Source: a virus (lineage: Duplodnaviria; Caudoviricetes). Taken from it: DNA of 64,000 bases. Below, piece by piece: positions 53,574 to 63,410 of this stretch. The notes beneath the pieces were generated by a model. It was not told the origin of the DNA. It saw only the letters and a program-made list of their open reading frames with translations, and did no database searches. Position 1 is the first letter of the stretch. Each line of letters starts with the position of its first letter. Location: IMG/VR virus record IMGVR_UViG_3300031867_000037, positions 10,317-74,316 of that record. The stretch is one strand, 5' to 3'. Made by a program: the position numbers and the translations under genes.

Positions 53574-53601
53574 TGTATCTCTTATTTTTTACAAAAGAAT
53601 G

Positions 53602-53630
53602 TTGAAATCTACTATAATATGTAGTATAAT
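53602..53630 (+). promoter_or_regulatory. sigma70-type promoter
   Basis: TTGAAA-N17-TATAAT. Confidence 0.7.
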
Positions 53631-53667
53631 GTTTATAGATAGAAAATTATCAATTCAGGAGAACAGT

Positions 53668-54201
53668 ATGAAAAACATAAATATTTTATTACAGGATGCA
53701 AAAGATGTACTTGACGATTTAAACATACCTTATGGTAGAATAGTCAGCGTGACAGTTAATAGCAGGGCAACAGGACGTTGGGGTCGTTGTACATCAATAG
53801 GAAATATGTGCTATAAAATTGAGATTTCCAATGCACTTCTTGATGATAGTGTAACTTGGGAATCCGCACTCAATACAATGATTCACGAATTACTTCACGC
53901 ATATCCGGGAAGAATGTGCCACACAGGAGAGTGGAAGAAGTGTGCCGAGCGTGTTAATAAGGAGTATTACCCTCTGTACAATATTAAGAGAACAAACAGT
54001 GCGGCAGAACTCGGAGTTAATCTCGAAAATCAAGTAGCCAGTTATCGTTATACAGTTTCATGCACTAATTGTGGAGCAAAATCATATTTCAAAAAACGTA
54101 CAAAAGTTGTACAATATCTTTCCGAACATGATTATAATTATGCATATTGTTGTGCTAAATGCGGCTCACATAATCTTGCGGTTACTGTACTGAATCAGTA
54201 A
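53668..54201 (+). CDS. SprT-like zinc metalloprotease
   Basis: RATGRWG.C, TMIHELLH, HTGEWK, C-terminal CTNC/CAKC zinc ribbon. Confidence 0.85.
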   Translation: MKNINILLQDAKDVLDDLNIPYGRIVSVTVNSRATGRWGRCTSIGNMCYKIEISNALLDDSVTWESALNTMIHELLHAYPGRMCHTGEWKKCAERVNKEYYPLYNIKRTNSAAELGVNLENQVASYRYTVSCTNCGAKSYFKKRTKVVQYLSEHDYNYAYCCAKCGSHNLAVTVLNQ

Positions 54202-54229
54202 TATTATTAACGCCAATTAAAAATATTTC

Positions 54230-54281
54230 TTGACTGTTAGCTTTATTGTGTAGTATAATGTTTATGTGATAAAGCTAACAG
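54230..54281 (+). promoter_or_regulatory. promoter embedded in a 13-bp inverted repeat
   Basis: TTGACT-N18-TATAAT; CTGTTAGCTTTAT-N22-ATAAAGCTAACAG. Confidence 0.8.
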
Positions 54282-54303
54282 CAATTTTGAGTGAGGTACT
54301 AAA

Positions 54304-55983
54304 ATGGTAGATATTAGATTAGATAAAGCAAAAAAGTGTAACGGAGACTGGTCAATGTTTGTGACATTTCCGTACAATCAGAAAATCGTAGATGTTATCC
54401 GAACATGTACAAATCGTGCATGGGATAAGAACAAGAAAGAGTGGGAACTTCCTGTTAAGTTTTTTAAGACTTTCGTTGATTCTCTGCCGGAATTTGAGTT
54501 TGATATTCACGGTGCGTGGGAAGCCTTTGCTGAGAAGAAAGAAGTCAAAATGCCGACAAACTTTAAGTTCAAGACACTACCCTTTAAACATCAGGTTGAA
54601 GGATTTAATTATGGTTTGAATAATGACAGATGGCTTCTCGGTGACGAGCAAGGACTTGGCAAGACAAAGCAGGTCATTGATATTGCTGTAGCCAAAAAAC
54701 AGCTTAAAGGCTATAAGCATTGTCTTATTATCTGCGGTGTCAATGGTCTGAAATGGAACTGGGTAAATGAAATTCATACCCATTCTAATGAGGATGCTTG
54801 GATTCTTGGACAGCGTACTCGTAATCACAAGACTGTTATCGGTAGCACAGCAGATAAAATTGACGATTTAAACGCACTGAGGTCGATTTCTAGCTACTTT
54901 CTTATTACTAATGTAGAATCTATGCGCAATGAACAGATAGTGTCTAAAATCGCAAAATACGCAAAGGACGGCACTATTGGAATCGTAGCTATTGACGAGA
55001 TTCATAAGTGCAAAAATCCGTCCTCACAGCAGGGTAAAGGCATTCTTAAAATTCAGCCGGAGTGCAGAATCGCAATGACAGGAACTCCGCTTATGAATAA
55101 CCCGTTTGATTTATACATCATTCTCAAGTGGCTCGGATATGAAAAACATGCGTTCTATGCGTTCAAACAGCATTATGGTGTATTCGGTGGATATGGTGGA
55201 TATGAATGTGTTGGCTATCGTTATCTTGACGAACTGCAGGCACAGTTAAATGAAATCATGCTCCGTAGATTAAAGAATGAAGTTCTTGACCTGCCGGAAA
55301 AGACATACATTACAGAGTATGTTGAAATGACACCAAAGCAGGAGCAGATTTATAAAGAAGTTACAGCGGCAATTAAAATGAACATTGACCAGATTAAGAT
55401 GCAGAATAATCCTCTTGCTGAACTTATTCGTATGCGTCAGGCTACTGGTTATACTGGTATTCTTTCTTCTACAATCAAAGAATCTGCAAAACTTGACAGG
55501 ATGGAAGAACTTGTAGAAGAAGCTGTACAGAATGGTAAAAAAGTGGTTATCTTCTCTAACTGGACACAAATGACACTTCCTATTTACAATCGTCTGGCTG
55601 TTAAATATCATGGCACCTATATTACAGGTGAAGTAGATAGTGACCAGAGACAGGCTAATGTAAAGAAGTTTCAAGAAGATGATAACTGTAAGTTTATTGT
55701 CGGTACAATCGGTGCTATGGGAACGGGACTTACTCTTACAGCAGGAACAGTTGAAATCTTTATGGATGAACCGTGGAATCGTGCTAACAAAGAACAGGCA
55801 GAAGATAGATGCCATCGTGTTGGTACAAAGGAAAACGTCACCATCTACACACTTATCTGCAAAGGAACCATTGATGAAAGAATCAATGAACTTGTAGAAA
55901 AGAAAGGCGCTATGGCAGATGCACTTGTAGACGGTAAGATTAATATAGATAAGAGACAGTTACTCGATTTTCTTCTCGGGTAA
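54304..55983 (+). CDS. SNF2-family helicase with HARP-like N-terminus
   Basis: GDEQGLGKT, DEIH, MTGTP, RMRQ, VIFS, GTGLTL, QAEDRCHRVG. Confidence 0.92.
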   Translation: MVDIRLDKAKKCNGDWSMFVTFPYNQKIVDVIRTCTNRAWDKNKKEWELPVKFFKTFVDSLPEFEFDIHGAWEAFAEKKEVKMPTNFKFKTLPFKHQVEGFNYGLNNDRWLLGDEQGLGKTKQVIDIAVAKKQLKGYKHCLIICGVNGLKWNWVNEIHTHSNEDAWILGQRTRNHKTVIGSTADKIDDLNALRSISSYFLITNVESMRNEQIVSKIAKYAKDGTIGIVAIDEIHKCKNPSSQQGKGILKIQPECRIAMTGTPLMNNPFDLYIILKWLGYEKHAFYAFKQHYGVFGGYGGYECVGYRYLDELQAQLNEIMLRRLKNEVLDLPEKTYITEYVEMTPKQEQIYKEVTAAIKMNIDQIKMQNNPLAELIRMRQATGYTGILSSTIKESAKLDRMEELVEEAVQNGKKVVIFSNWTQMTLPIYNRLAVKYHGTYITGEVDSDQRQANVKKFQEDDNCKFIVGTIGAMGTGLTLTAGTVEIFMDEPWNRANKEQAEDRCHRVGTKENVTIYTLICKGTIDERINELVEKKGAMADALVDGKINIDKRQLLDFLLG

Positions 55984-55986
55984 CTG

Positions 55987-56015
55987 TTGACATAACACTA
56001 TATATGTTGTATAAT
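55987..56015 (+). promoter_or_regulatory. sigma70-type promoter
   Basis: TTGACA-N17-TATAAT. Confidence 0.85.
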
Positions 56016-56079
56016 GATAATAAGATGTACAACTATGAAAACGGGAGCGAGGTGATTCTATGATTTGAGAGGAGAGTTT

Positions 56080-56355
56080 ATGGAAGAGAAATTATTAAGA
56101 ATCGAAGAAGTTGCTGTAACTATTGGAAGTAGCTGTAAGTCAATTAACAACTGGTACTGGTTCAAGAGAGAGAATCCTGATAATGAGTTCGCCAAAATGC
56201 TACCAGATTATACTCAATTTGGGGAAAGACAAACAAGATATTGGAAAGAATCAGATATTCCGAAGTTAATTGAATTTAAGAAAGCTATTCCACACGGAAG
56301 AAATGGACTAATGGGTAGTATTACTCAAAGATACTATCATAGGAGAAGCGAATGA
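56080..56355 (+). CDS. excisionase/MerR-like winged-helix protein
   Basis: LLRIEEVA..IG.S..SI.NWY, RYWKESDI. Confidence 0.65.
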   Translation: MEEKLLRIEEVAVTIGSSCKSINNWYWFKRENPDNEFAKMLPDYTQFGERQTRYWKESDIPKLIEFKKAIPHGRNGLMGSITQRYYHRRSE

Positions 56356-56744
56356 ACTTAAATGACCTTGACAGATTAGTGCCCCAATACGCCGCTAATA
56401 AAGCTGAACTTGATGGATATAAGAAGATTTGCGACCGAGAAAATGCGGAAATTAAAGCCATCATGAAGGACTTTGCACTACAGAACTATGTTGTAGGCGG
56501 ATACAAAGCATCTTACTCTAGGACAAAGAAAGACAATCCAAATGAGGCAAAGCTAATCGAAATTGCGAAGCGGCACGGAATCTCTGGTGTAGTTAAGACT
56601 AAAGAATACTTTGATTTTGACGCACTAGAAAAAGCTATTTATGACGGCAAAATATCCGATGATATTTTACTTGAAATTGACGGCGCTATAGAAACAAAGG
56701 AAGTAGAAACACTCAGAATCAGTAAAGCAAAGAAGGAGAACTAA
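56352..56744 (+). CDS. hypothetical protein (Gam/gp157-like coiled protein)
   Basis: coiled N-terminus; VVKTKEY.DFDALEKAIY. Confidence 0.6.
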   Translation: MNLNDLDRLVPQYAANKAELDGYKKICDRENAEIKAIMKDFALQNYVVGGYKASYSRTKKDNPNEAKLIEIAKRHGISGVVKTKEYFDFDALEKAIYDGKISDDILLEIDGAIETKEVETLRISKAKKEN

Positions 56745-56866
56745 TATGAATATCCCAGAGTTTTGGTGTGGATTTATAGCATGTGCAGGACTAATGACTT
56801 GTCTTGAAACACTAACAATGACAATGTACCTCGTTTATTTACGCACAAAAGTAAGGAGAAAGAAGA

Positions 56867-57070
56867 ATGGCAGAAACAACATCAATCCGCGCCACAAGTC
56901 GAGCAAGCATTAAAGTAGGAGATAGTTTTTATACAGTAGAGTGGTGCGAAGAAAGAAGTATTAACCCAACCGATGATATAGCAGATGAAAGAGCCGCACT
57001 CTGGGAAACATGTAATTCCGAAGTTGATAATCAAATTGAAGAAATTTTACGAACTTTCAGAAAAAAATAG
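56867..57070 (+). CDS. hypothetical protein
   Basis: AGGAG RBS. Confidence 0.7.
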   Translation: MAETTSIRATSRASIKVGDSFYTVEWCEERSINPTDDIADERAALWETCNSEVDNQIEEILRTFRKK

Positions 57071-57078
57071 AAAATTTA

Positions 57079-57107
57079 TTGACAATTTTCAAAACATGTG
57101 CTATAAT
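57079..57107 (+). promoter_or_regulatory. promoter of the replication operon
   Basis: TTGACA-N17-TATAAT with TG extension. Confidence 0.85.
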
Positions 57108-57112
57108 TAATT

Positions 57113-57290
57113 GTATTCATTAGAGAGTCCTCCTTTCTTTGAAACAGTTTGTATCAGTAGATACACAAATAGGTTAGCTTGTACTTCCGTGACGGTACAT
57201 GCGATGCACACCTTATAGGGAGACAAGACTAACAAAGTCTGTATATGTACGGGGTCACGGCCGTATGTATACAGACTTATTTGTTTATGT
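57113..57290 (+). promoter_or_regulatory. structured leader: boxA-like site, 18-bp hairpin, kissing loop
   Basis: TTCTTTGAAAC at 57135; stem 57235-57252/57261-57278; loops CCGTGAC and GTCACGG complementary. Confidence 0.6.
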
Positions 57291-57304
57291 AGGGAGATTA
57301 TAGT

Positions 57305-57565
57305 ATGTATGGTAAATATCTTAAACAATTAAAAGTTGGCGATAAAATTGAGGGTGTATTTGATACAAACCCGAGCAGTGAATTATTCAAGGATGTATGG
57401 TTACCAATGGTTGTACTGTACGAATACGAAAAATTTTATACATGTGAAGTGTTACCTCACAGAAATCCTAGACACAGTTGGGGATTATCTAAGCCATATA
57501 TAATGACTATTGAGAAATTTGATTTATTAAAGGGCTTTGTGAGATGCAGACCGCTTAATAACTAA
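57305..57565 (+). CDS. hypothetical protein
   Basis: GGGAG RBS. Confidence 0.65.
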   Translation: MYGKYLKQLKVGDKIEGVFDTNPSSELFKDVWLPMVVLYEYEKFYTCEVLPHRNPRHSWGLSKPYIMTIEKFDLLKGFVRCRPLNN

Positions 57566-57578
57566 AGGAGAATTGTTG

Positions 57579-58391
57579 ATGAACAGAGATTTTAAAGGTG
57601 TTTGGATACCAAAAGAAATATGGCTTAATGAAGAACTTACACTGTTAGAGAAAATCATATTTGTGGAAATAGACAGTCTGGACAACGAAAATCATTGTAC
57701 AGCGGGTAATGAATACTTTGCCACGTTCTGTAATTGTAGTGAATCTAAGGTATCAAAAGCAATTAAAAAACTAAAAGACTTAGGAATGATTGAAGAACTA
57801 TCATTTGATGGAAGACACCGTAAAATCAGAGTAGTAAAAAATACAATTCAGGGTAGCAAAAAATGCGAGGCAGAATCGCAAAATTTACAATCTAATAATA
57901 TAGACAATAATACAAATAGTAAAACTACAGTAGTATCTAAAGATACTACTACAAAATCGGATTTTACTTTTGGCAAATCGAAGCCAAAGAAAGATAATTT
58001 GTTTACGAAATGCACCACACTAATTGACAGCTATGATTTTAGCAGTTGGGGTAATATACGAAAACTCCTCATTGATTATTTACGATATAGAATGTCTGTA
58101 AAAGATAAACCTTTGTATACTAATATGTGGAAAGGCATGCTTAATAAACTTGCAGAACTTTGTGGAGAAGATGTACAATCTTATGAATCGGTAATAAAGC
58201 AAAGTATTGAACGAGGTTACTTATCTTTTTATCCAGTTTCTAATTCATCTTATAGTAAAGACTATGATATACGAAAAGGTAAACCTTGGGAAGAAGGATT
58301 ATCGTGCGAAACATATACGCCAGAAGAGAAACGACAAATAGAACAGGAACGTGAAGAACTAGAGGCAAGAGGTGTACAAGTATGGTACTAA
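57579..58391 (+). CDS. replication initiator (N-terminal wHTH)
   Basis: RDFKGVWIPKEIWL...LTLLEK, NEYFA.F, VSKAIKKLKDLG.I; upstream of dnaC/dnaB. Confidence 0.85.
   Translation: MNRDFKGVWIPKEIWLNEELTLLEKIIFVEIDSLDNENHCTAGNEYFATFCNCSESKVSKAIKKLKDLGMIEELSFDGRHRKIRVVKNTIQGSKKCEAESQNLQSNNIDNNTNSKTTVVSKDTTTKSDFTFGKSKPKKDNLFTKCTTLIDSYDFSSWGNIRKLLIDYLRYRMSVKDKPLYTNMWKGMLNKLAELCGEDVQSYESVIKQSIERGYLSFYPVSNSSYSKDYDIRKGKPWEEGLSCETYTPEEKRQIEQEREELEARGVQVWY
57929..57950. repeat. palindrome inside rep, putative initiator-binding/origin site
   Basis: AGTAGTATCT-AA-AGATACTACT in the low-complexity linker of Rep. Confidence 0.7.
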
Positions 58392-59038
58392 GAAAGGAAG
58401 ATTGTTGGTACAAAAATGTATGTACCTACGATTTTTGTACAAATTGTATACGATATTCCGAAATGAAATATTTAATGCAGAATAGTGGTTTGTCCAAGAA
58501 TAGACAGCGACCGATAGCATTAGACGGAAGTCGTGACCCAGAACCTTTTAAATTGTTGGCAGATATAAAGGGAGACATTGTAAACTTTGTAAATAATGGA
58601 GAATCTTTGTACATTTTTAGTGAAAAAACTGGAAATGGAAAGACAAGTTGGGCGATAAAATTACTATTGAAATATTTTGATAGTATCTGGGCTGGTAATG
58701 GATTTCGTGTCAGAGGATATTTTCAACACGTACCGTCATTATTTACTACACTGAAAGATTTTAGTAAGTCCCATGAATCATTGAGAAATACCTTAATGTC
58801 CGTTGATTTAGTTATATGGGATGATATAGCAAGCACTAAATTATCAGATTATGATGCCCAACAGTTATTGATTATTATAGACCAGCGTGTATCTGACGGT
58901 CTAGCAAATATATATACAGGTAATCTTACAAGTCAGGATGCATTAACAAAAGCAGTAGGACAAAGACTTGCAAGTAGAATCTGGAATATGTCAACACTTG
59001 TAGAATTTAAAGGAAAAGATAGGCGGTCAGAATGGTAA
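58382..59038 (+). CDS. dnaC: DnaC/IstB-like helicase loader
   Basis: GNGKTSWA, LVIWDDI, NIYTGNL, RLASRI. Confidence 0.88.
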   Translation: MVLRKEDCWYKNVCTYDFCTNCIRYSEMKYLMQNSGLSKNRQRPIALDGSRDPEPFKLLADIKGDIVNFVNNGESLYIFSEKTGNGKTSWAIKLLLKYFDSIWAGNGFRVRGYFQHVPSLFTTLKDFSKSHESLRNTLMSVDLVIWDDIASTKLSDYDAQQLLIIIDQRVSDGLANIYTGNLTSQDALTKAVGQRLASRIWNMSTLVEFKGKDRRSEW

Positions 59039-60333
59039 CTTTACAGATAATAAGCAAAATTTTAGCAACTCAGGACTTATCTATAGTTGAAAACAACCTT
59101 TTAACAGCAGATTACTTTGTTGGTTATGAGGATGAATATAACTATCTAATCGAACATAAAAAAGCGTACGGAAACGTACCAGACAAAGCAACATTTCTTT
59201 CTAAATTCCCAGATATTGAATTAGTAGATGTAACAGAATCAGATAGATACCTTGTCGATTCTATACGTGAGGAATATCTATATTATAAGTCTGTTCCTGT
59301 TATACAGAAAGCGGCAGAACTTTTAAAGTCGGATTCTAATGCCGCCGCAGAATATCTTATTCATTCATTACAAGAATTACAACCATCATACAGGTTAAGC
59401 GGTGTAGATATTATAGCGGATGCAAAAGATAGATATAATCAATTTAAGGAGCGCAAAGAACATCAAGAAGATTGGTTCTTTACTTGCGGGTTCGAAGAAT
59501 TAGATGAATTAATTCATGGTATACAAAGAGAAGAAGAATTAATTGTCATATTTGCAAGGACAAATCAAGGCAAGTCATGGGTACTTGAAAAGATGTGTAC
59601 GCATGTGTGGCAGTTAGGATTTAATGTCGGTTATGTAAGTCCAGAAATGGGAGCGAACAGTATAGGCTATAGATTTGATACGTTGCATAAGAACTTTAGT
59701 AATAAAGGACTTATGTGGGGCAAAGATGATATAGATGAAAAGGAATATTCCGATTATATAGCTGAATTACCAAAAAATGATAATAGATTTATCGTATCTA
59801 CTCCAAATGATTTTAATAGGCAGATAACAGTTACTAAACTAAAGAACTGGATTCAGCAGTATAAATTAGACCTTGTTGCAGTAGACGGTATTACTTATAT
59901 GACAGATGAACGCTATAAAAGAGGTGATAATAAGACAACTACTCTTACTAATATAAGTGAAGATTTAATGTCATTGTCTATGGAATTACGAGTACCGATT
60001 CTTGTAGTAGTACAAGCAAATCGTGGTGGTGTATCACAAGATGATAGTGATGGAACGCCAGAACTTGAAACAATTAGAGATAGTGATGGTATAGCGCATA
60101 ATGCCAGTAAGGTAATATCTATTCGTCAGACAAAGGACGGTATATTAAAGATAGAAATAAAAAAGCAGAGATTTGGTGCTGTCGGCGGAAAATTAAATTA
60201 TCAGTGGGATATAGATACAGGTTCATTTGTATGGGTTCCTGCTGAGGACGATGCAACAAAACCAGAAAAGAGAGAACGGGCAATTAAGACCGAACGAAAG
60301 AAATTTAGCGGCGATAAAGAAGATGTATTTTGA
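59032..60333 (+). CDS. dnaB: DnaB-like replicative helicase
   Basis: ARTNQGKSW, SPEM, VDGITY, VVVQANR, RDSDGI, KKQRFG. Confidence 0.92.
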   Translation: MVTLQIISKILATQDLSIVENNLLTADYFVGYEDEYNYLIEHKKAYGNVPDKATFLSKFPDIELVDVTESDRYLVDSIREEYLYYKSVPVIQKAAELLKSDSNAAAEYLIHSLQELQPSYRLSGVDIIADAKDRYNQFKERKEHQEDWFFTCGFEELDELIHGIQREEELIVIFARTNQGKSWVLEKMCTHVWQLGFNVGYVSPEMGANSIGYRFDTLHKNFSNKGLMWGKDDIDEKEYSDYIAELPKNDNRFIVSTPNDFNRQITVTKLKNWIQQYKLDLVAVDGITYMTDERYKRGDNKTTTLTNISEDLMSLSMELRVPILVVVQANRGGVSQDDSDGTPELETIRDSDGIAHNASKVISIRQTKDGILKIEIKKQRFGAVGGKLNYQWDIDTGSFVWVPAEDDATKPEKRERAIKTERKKFSGDKEDVF

Positions 60334-60346
60334 TGTAAAATAGTAG

Positions 60347-60375
60347 TTGACATATGTGTACTATAATGTTATCAT
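60347..60375 (+). promoter_or_regulatory. sigma70-type promoter
   Basis: TTGACA-N17-TATCAT with TG extension. Confidence 0.65.
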
Positions 60376-60421
60376 ATAAGAGTAGAGACATGCTACATGT
60401 TCAATGAAAGGAGAATTTAAT

Positions 60422-60892
60422 ATGAACGAAAGAGTAGAAATTATGGTAGTAGCGGAAGATAATTACACGAGATATGTTTGTCCGAATTGCGGCGCAACTG
60501 TTTCTACAGATGTAGATAACATTCCGGACAGATGCCATCATTGCGGCGTAGAGTTTGAGAGAGAGGACGTACCCGAGACTATTGATAAAGAATCTTTGTG
60601 CCACGAAATTCTTGATTATTATATCAAGATTAATGGATTTGAGTGTCGAAATACAGAAGGAAAACCTACTATGTTCATAGATTTTTCCGGGCACGTTAAT
60701 ACAATTTATGTAAGAATCTTTCCAACTGGCTGGTCATCTAATGTTGATTGGAATAATTCGGAAATTAACAAGCAGTTCCGGTTTGAGTTTGATGAAGAAG
60801 ATTGGCTTAAAGAACGGCTTTATGAAAATGTGGTCGCTTTCAGAATCCTGGCAGATAGTTTGATTGTAAAGACGGAGGCCGAAAATGTATAA
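60422..60892 (+). CDS. zinc-ribbon hypothetical protein
   Basis: CPNCG...CHHCG. Confidence 0.7.
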   Translation: MNERVEIMVVAEDNYTRYVCPNCGATVSTDVDNIPDRCHHCGVEFEREDVPETIDKESLCHEILDYYIKINGFECRNTEGKPTMFIDFSGHVNTIYVRIFPTGWSSNVDWNNSEINKQFRFEFDEEDWLKERLYENVVAFRILADSLIVKTEAENV

Positions 60893-61061
60893 GACCTATG
60901 TAATTTTTGACACGGACAACGATTGTCAGGTATGTGTATCACTTACTGAAAATGAAGCTAGGGCGATTGAACGTTTTATTGATTGGTCTAATAACTATGA
61001 TAGTTATACAATACAGCCAATCGAAGATTGTGATTTTGATAAGTGGGGTATGGAACATTGA
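60885..61061 (+). CDS. small hypothetical protein (58 aa)
   Basis: read by hand; GGAGG RBS. Confidence 0.55.
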   Translation: MYKTYVIFDTDNDCQVCVSLTENEARAIERFIDWSNNYDSYTIQPIEDCDFDKWGMEH

Positions 61062-61444
61062 CAAAGAAAGACCTTACTAGAGAAGAGGCACTCCGTCTAC
61101 ATTATAAGATGTGGACGGAGATGCAAGAAAAATTAGGGGATAACCCGACACCAGAAAGACGATGTATGTTTAAACGTGACTGGTGCTATAACTGGGAAAG
61201 GGAGAATAATTATGATGGGTGCGTTCTGTCAAATTGTTTTCTTTGTGAGTGTGTAAGTGGTAATTGTGATTATTGTCCTATTGACTGGTCACAGGCAGAA
61301 GATATTGATAGGTCGTATGAGGAGTATGGAATAGATTGTACAGATTTTTATATTGGTTCGGACGATGATTATGCTAGTCCATATTATAAGTTTGCTCCGA
61401 TTTCAAAGATACTTGCTATACCAGAAAGGCGTGAGGAAACATGA
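61058..61444 (+). CDS. Cys-rich phage paralog family, copy 3
   Basis: LTREEALRLHYKMW..MQEKLGDNP, CFLCE, CPIDW, APISKILAIPER. Confidence 0.75.
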   Translation: MTKKDLTREEALRLHYKMWTEMQEKLGDNPTPERRCMFKRDWCYNWERENNYDGCVLSNCFLCECVSGNCDYCPIDWSQAEDIDRSYEEYGIDCTDFYIGSDDDYASPYYKFAPISKILAIPERREET

Positions 61445-61929
61445 TTGGAATTGTATTTCTTGTATTGCAGATTGTTTTTGACATTTTTGCTGTTATTGGT
61501 TATATAAGATTGAACATAAAAATTGACGATACACATGAATATGCCGAAATTGACAGTGTAAGAATAAGGCACCTTGAGAAACAATCTGATATATTCAAGG
61601 ATAGTATCAAATTACAAAATGACAGTCTTAGGGATGTGTTTGACCTAACTAAAAAAGTAATAGAGTACAATGAGCCAAAAGAATCTGCGGAAAAACCTGA
61701 TACAAAAGCACTTGTATCAGGATGGGATACCGATGAAATTGACGAGCCTGAATTAGTATCAGCAGAAGAATTCAGAAAGAATATTGATAGTATGGCTTGT
61801 CAAAGAATTAATCCGTATGCACAGCAGGCGATAGTTAATAATCTTAACTGTCAAAATATGTATCCGTGGAATACTATGTATTATTACAATGGAAGATTTT
61901 GGGGGGGATGCCTTAATGAAAAAGTTTAA
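61441..61929 (+). CDS. membrane-anchored hypothetical protein
   Basis: N-terminal TM helix. Confidence 0.65.
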   Translation: MIGIVFLVLQIVFDIFAVIGYIRLNIKIDDTHEYAEIDSVRIRHLEKQSDIFKDSIKLQNDSLRDVFDLTKKVIEYNEPKESAEKPDTKALVSGWDTDEIDEPELVSAEEFRKNIDSMACQRINPYAQQAIVNNLNCQNMYPWNTMYYYNGRFWGGCLNEKV

Positions 61930-62080
61930 TAATAAAGCCTTTATTGATAATGACAAATTCGAAATCGGAGTAGCATACGATATTCACTCTTGGCTATTTG
62001 GAATTGATATTAATTCTCATTTGCCGGGCACATTGGTGCAAGTCGGAATTGGGCCATTTTGTTTCTATATTGTTTGGTAA
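61916..62080 (+). CDS. small hypothetical protein
   Basis: overlap packing. Confidence 0.5.
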   Translation: MKKFNNKAFIDNDKFEIGVAYDIHSWLFGIDINSHLPGTLVQVGIGPFCFYIVW

Positions 62081-62099
62081 TTGAGGGGAGCGATGATGA

Positions 62100-62438
62100 A
62101 TGGGAATATACATTAAAGGTCAAACAAAGCCCGAAAATTGCAATATGTGCATTTTTAGGCACACAACATACATGCTGGGAAGACATGTGTGTCTTGCAAG
62201 AGGCATGTCAGAAATTGAAGTGGACATAAATAGCGGTGTTGATGCTAGATGCCCGTTAATTGAAGTTTCCGAACCACATGGACGGCTGATTGATGCGAGT
62301 TATAAAGTTGATATGCCGTTTTATGACGATGAATACGAAGAATACAGCGTGAGAACGGTGACAGTCGAAAAATTACTGATGATGGCTGATAATGGGGTGC
62401 CGACAGTCATTGAAGCAGAAGGAAGTGAGGACGAATGA
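62100..62438 (+). CDS. Cys-containing modular phage protein
   Basis: IKG..KPE.C..C, CPLIEV.EPHGRLIDA. Confidence 0.7.
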   Translation: MGIYIKGQTKPENCNMCIFRHTTYMLGRHVCLARGMSEIEVDINSGVDARCPLIEVSEPHGRLIDASYKVDMPFYDDEYEEYSVRTVTVEKLLMMADNGVPTVIEAEGSEDE

Positions 62439-62764
62439 GCGTTTTGATTAAGGGCATGAAGATGCCGGAGAAATGCGGTTCATGTGACTTATTTCATGTG
62501 GAATCACCAATGCATTGCACCGTGGTTAAAGGGCATAAAACGGTTGGTGCACCGTATGGGATGCCCAGACCTGACTGGTGCCCGCTCGTTGAAATCCCAG
62601 TACATGGACGGTTGATTGATGCGGATGCACTTAAAGAAACTCTTGATTACTATATCTGCGAAGCTAACTGGGGCGATGAAGTGAACAAGGCTTTGAGGTG
62701 GGTAAAGGATGAGTTTATTAACTCTGAGAATACAGTCATTGAAGTGGAAGGGAGCGAGGACTAA
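62435..62764 (+). CDS. paralog of 62100..62438
   Basis: IKGMKMPEKCGSC, CPLVEIPVHGRLIDADAL. Confidence 0.7.
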   Translation: MSVLIKGMKMPEKCGSCDLFHVESPMHCTVVKGHKTVGAPYGMPRPDWCPLVEIPVHGRLIDADALKETLDYYICEANWGDEVNKALRWVKDEFINSENTVIEVEGSED

Positions 62765-63012
62765 TGCCGAGATACAAATTAGATATTGAGGAGAAAACCA
62801 CACGAAACCACACCGTAATCATTGAGACTGACGGAAACATTAATGCGCTTTGTGACTTTATCGAAAAGAACAATAACGGCATTGGAGACCCGTGGGATAT
62901 TCGATACATCGCAGGTGTGAATCTTATCAGTGTCGAGGAAGGTGCGGAAGAACTGCCAGAGTTTGGAGTGTTAGACGTTGATGAAATCGAAGGGAGTGAA
63001 CACAATGCCTGA
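62764..63012 (+). CDS. acidic hypothetical protein resembling 12763..12999
   Basis: RYKL.IEE..T..H.VIIETD..I..LC shared with 12763..12999. Confidence 0.65.
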   Translation: MPRYKLDIEEKTTRNHTVIIETDGNINALCDFIEKNNNGIGDPWDIRYIAGVNLISVEEGAEELPEFGVLDVDEIEGSEHNA

Positions 63013-63142
63013 TTGCAACAAATGTATCTGGTCAACTCGTGACGGTGGGTGCGTGTCGTGGAAATGCGATTTCGTGAGCCACGAGGATGCGAGGAAGATG
63101 ATTGTCGAGAAGGAAGAAGGGAGCGAGAACCATGACGATTAA
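63005..63142 (+). CDS. small Cys-rich protein (45 aa)
   Basis: read by hand: MPDCNKCIWSTRDGGCVSWKC. Confidence 0.5.
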   Translation: MPDCNKCIWSTRDGGCVSWKCDFVSHEDARKMIVEKEEGSENHDD

Positions 63143-63410
63143 GGATGCCACGAACTTACTCCACTACGGCACTGATTTTGAAATCAAAGGCGCTTATAGC
63201 GGAAAGATCTATTATAGCACTCGCAGGAATAAGCGTGAAAATCTCGAGAAATACTTCGACAAAGAAGTAACGGACGAGCCGTTTTACGCAAAGCTGACAG
63301 TTGATAAAGACCTTAAGTATTGCAGACCAATCATTGGAATCTGGATGCATGATTACGATTTGTGTCACAAAGACGGAAAGGACGGTGAGAACCATGAGCA
63401 GGACACTTGA
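63132..63410 (+). CDS. hypothetical protein
   Basis: GGGAG RBS before MTIKDA. Confidence 0.6.
   Translation: MTIKDATNLLHYGTDFEIKGAYSGKIYYSTRRNKRENLEKYFDKEVTDEPFYAKLTVDKDLKYCRPIIGIWMHDYDLCHKDGKDGENHEQDT

Noticed and set aside
56080-56355. Evidence of lysogeny from an excisionase-like HTH
   Set aside because: No integrase, repressor pair or att site demonstrable in the window; lifestyle left undetermined.
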